64,000 nucleotides of DNA from Vezdaea acicularis (lineage: Eukaryota): positions 62,001 through 126,000 of the forward strand of contig JAPEUI010000025.1 of NCBI GenBank assembly GCA_026025075.1, written 5' to 3'. Shown here piece by piece: positions 62,426 to 64,000 of the stretch. A program made the position numbers and the translations under genes. The number at the start of each line of letters is the position of its first letter. The first letter of the stretch is position 1. The notes beneath the pieces are model-generated. The model was not told the DNA's origin. It ran no database searches and saw only the letters and a program-made list of their open reading frames with translations.

Positions 62426-63620
62426 GGGGTATCTCCAGTACAAGAACGGGGAAGTTTCCGTCCTTCGCGAGAGGAGGCCGGGAAGGAGAATATGTGGGCG
62501 AGCGAGCAGGTCGCGATCGCTTTGTGTGGGGCCGCAGTGAGGGAAAGAGTCTCGGTTGGGAGGGGGAGGCTGCCAGTGGCGACCAACAGCCTCGGGCGGG
62601 GGAAACACCGGTGATCAGAAGAGTGTCTCGTGCCTCAGTCATTACAGTTATGCGATAAGTTAAGTCCGGGGCGACGCATTCTTGCCTTAGCCGCATCGCA
62701 GTCCCATGAACGCAGTTTGCAGCTCGTTCTGATGTCGCTGGATATACACGTGATGCATGTACTGTACTTCTCTGCATGCAAATACAACACAAAGGCACGC
62801 ACGGCCAACGGGCATCCCATAGGCGCCGCGACGACGAGGTAAGAATAGATATGGGAAGCTGAAGCTGGAGCAAAAAGGCCGCGCACGATGGAACTCGCCG
62901 TCGAATTCCAATTCGCCGTGATGGCCTCTTCGCGCGAGACAGCCGCATGGATAGATGTCAGCTCCAGCATACGAACACAACACGAACGCCGCCATGGCCG
63001 CTGTTCCTCTCGCGCGCCCAGATCAAAGAGGTTCGTTCGCCGGCCATGCGTCCGCCCAGTCCAGCACAGCCAAAGCTTGATTTCGATCGCAGGGATACGC
63101 TCCTGGATCCGCCCAGTGTCGTGGAGCGACCGCCATTGGTCGAGACGCGCCCCGTTATTTGTGAAGCGGCGTGGGAGCAGCAGAAACTCGTCATCTGTTT
63201 GTGGCCGGCGTACGGAGAGGATATATCGCTCACCGGTGCGAAAGGACGGCGTGTTGTGATTCGCGCCCGAATGACGAGCTGATGGCGGAGAAGCTGCCCT
63301 TCCGCCTCTCTGCCCTCCTCCCTTCGCTGCGTTCTTTGTTCGTTCTTCCCGTGCCGCCCTAACCCGCGCTTCCCCCTCGTCCCACACCACCCCCTCGGTC
63401 TGCCCAGTCCGTGCGACACCGCAGTCGATCTATCTTGGATGCATTGCCCTCTTCGGCCGTCCATGACCACACCATCCCAATCTAGTCCGTCCGGCCTCTG
63501 CGCCATCCGTGTCCTCATCCTGCATCCCCATATCGGACGACTTCGCATCCGCCAGCACGCGTGTGACGAACGACAGATACAGAAATCAACGGGCTATTAG
63601 GGCAGCGCCTCTAGCGGATC

Positions 63621-64000
63621 ATGACAGATACCTCAGCCACGGCCGCGGCGACGCCAGCGGAGCCCATCGTGTTCTTCGATGTCACCCTGGCAGGTATGCA
63701 TGAGCCTTTTGGATCGCCCGAGGGCCTTGGTTGATGTCAAATACCCTTTTCCTTTTTTGAAAGACACGTCACGTGATGTGCCTCGATCTATCAAGGGTCC
63801 CGTCCTTGATACTGTTTCCGTGCGTACTACTTATGTACGCCCAGATGGACCTTCAATGTCGAATTGACTGTTTAGTATGGGCCTACACCACAGTCGCTGA
63901 CGATGTGATTGCTGGCAGGTGAGGCCTTGGGCCGCATCAAAATGCAACTCTTCTCGAACACGGTCCCAAGGACGGCGGAGAACTTTAGGCAATTCTGCAC
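63621..64000 (+). CDS. Cyclophilin-type PPIase, probably spliceosomal cyclophilin H; truncated by the window end
   Basis: [38 protein letters not shown], with intron 63694-63918. Confidence 0.9.

Noticed and set aside
62301..63548. Three overlapping minus-strand ORFs of 196-251 aa
   Set aside because: GC-rich promoter/leader DNA with no recognisable domain and Arg/Cys/Trp-rich, non-coding-like composition.
1..64000. CRISPR arrays, prokaryotic defence systems, intact transposases or a secondary-metabolite cluster
   Set aside because: This is an intron-rich eukaryotic housekeeping region. No repeat-spacer arrays, transposase/RT domains or PKS/NRPS backbone were seen.

Overview
This window is gene-dense DNA from a filamentous ascomycete (Pezizomycotina-like). 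The evidence is short GT-AG introns (mostly about 50 nt) with CTRAC branch points and intergenic gaps of about 0.1-1.7 kb. About 32 intron-containing genes can be reconstructed. Most are housekeeping genes: MSH1 (partial), YDJ1, FCY1, HEM12, EAF6, a PWI/SR splicing factor, an FAH-family enzyme, BNA1, a Ctr copper transporter, F-box/JmjC, eIF4A, AMS1, VTA1, TVP23, a CitE-like lyase, a GPI-type Ser/Thr protein, a membrane A1-peptidase-like protein, an FAD oxidoreductase, a PhoD-like protein, KEX2, TRR1, ADK2, MDM38, PCD1, a RING-H2 ligase and cyclophilin H (partial). There are also several small hypothetical genes and a P450 relic. I found no tRNA, rRNA, CRISPR array or intact transposon. The notable signals are post-transcriptional. 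(1) A 289-nt intron folds almost entirely into a Y-shaped RNA, and other long first introns also show predicted structure. (2) The RING-H2 gene leader has a GCN4-like array of minimal uORFs. (3) Thioredoxin reductase has a probable CUG-initiated mitochondrial presequence. (4) The PhoD-like gene has a 357-nt in-frame exitron. (5) PCD1 has a GC-AG intron. All gene models and RNA folds were built by eye and need RNA-seq, folding or homology confirmation.
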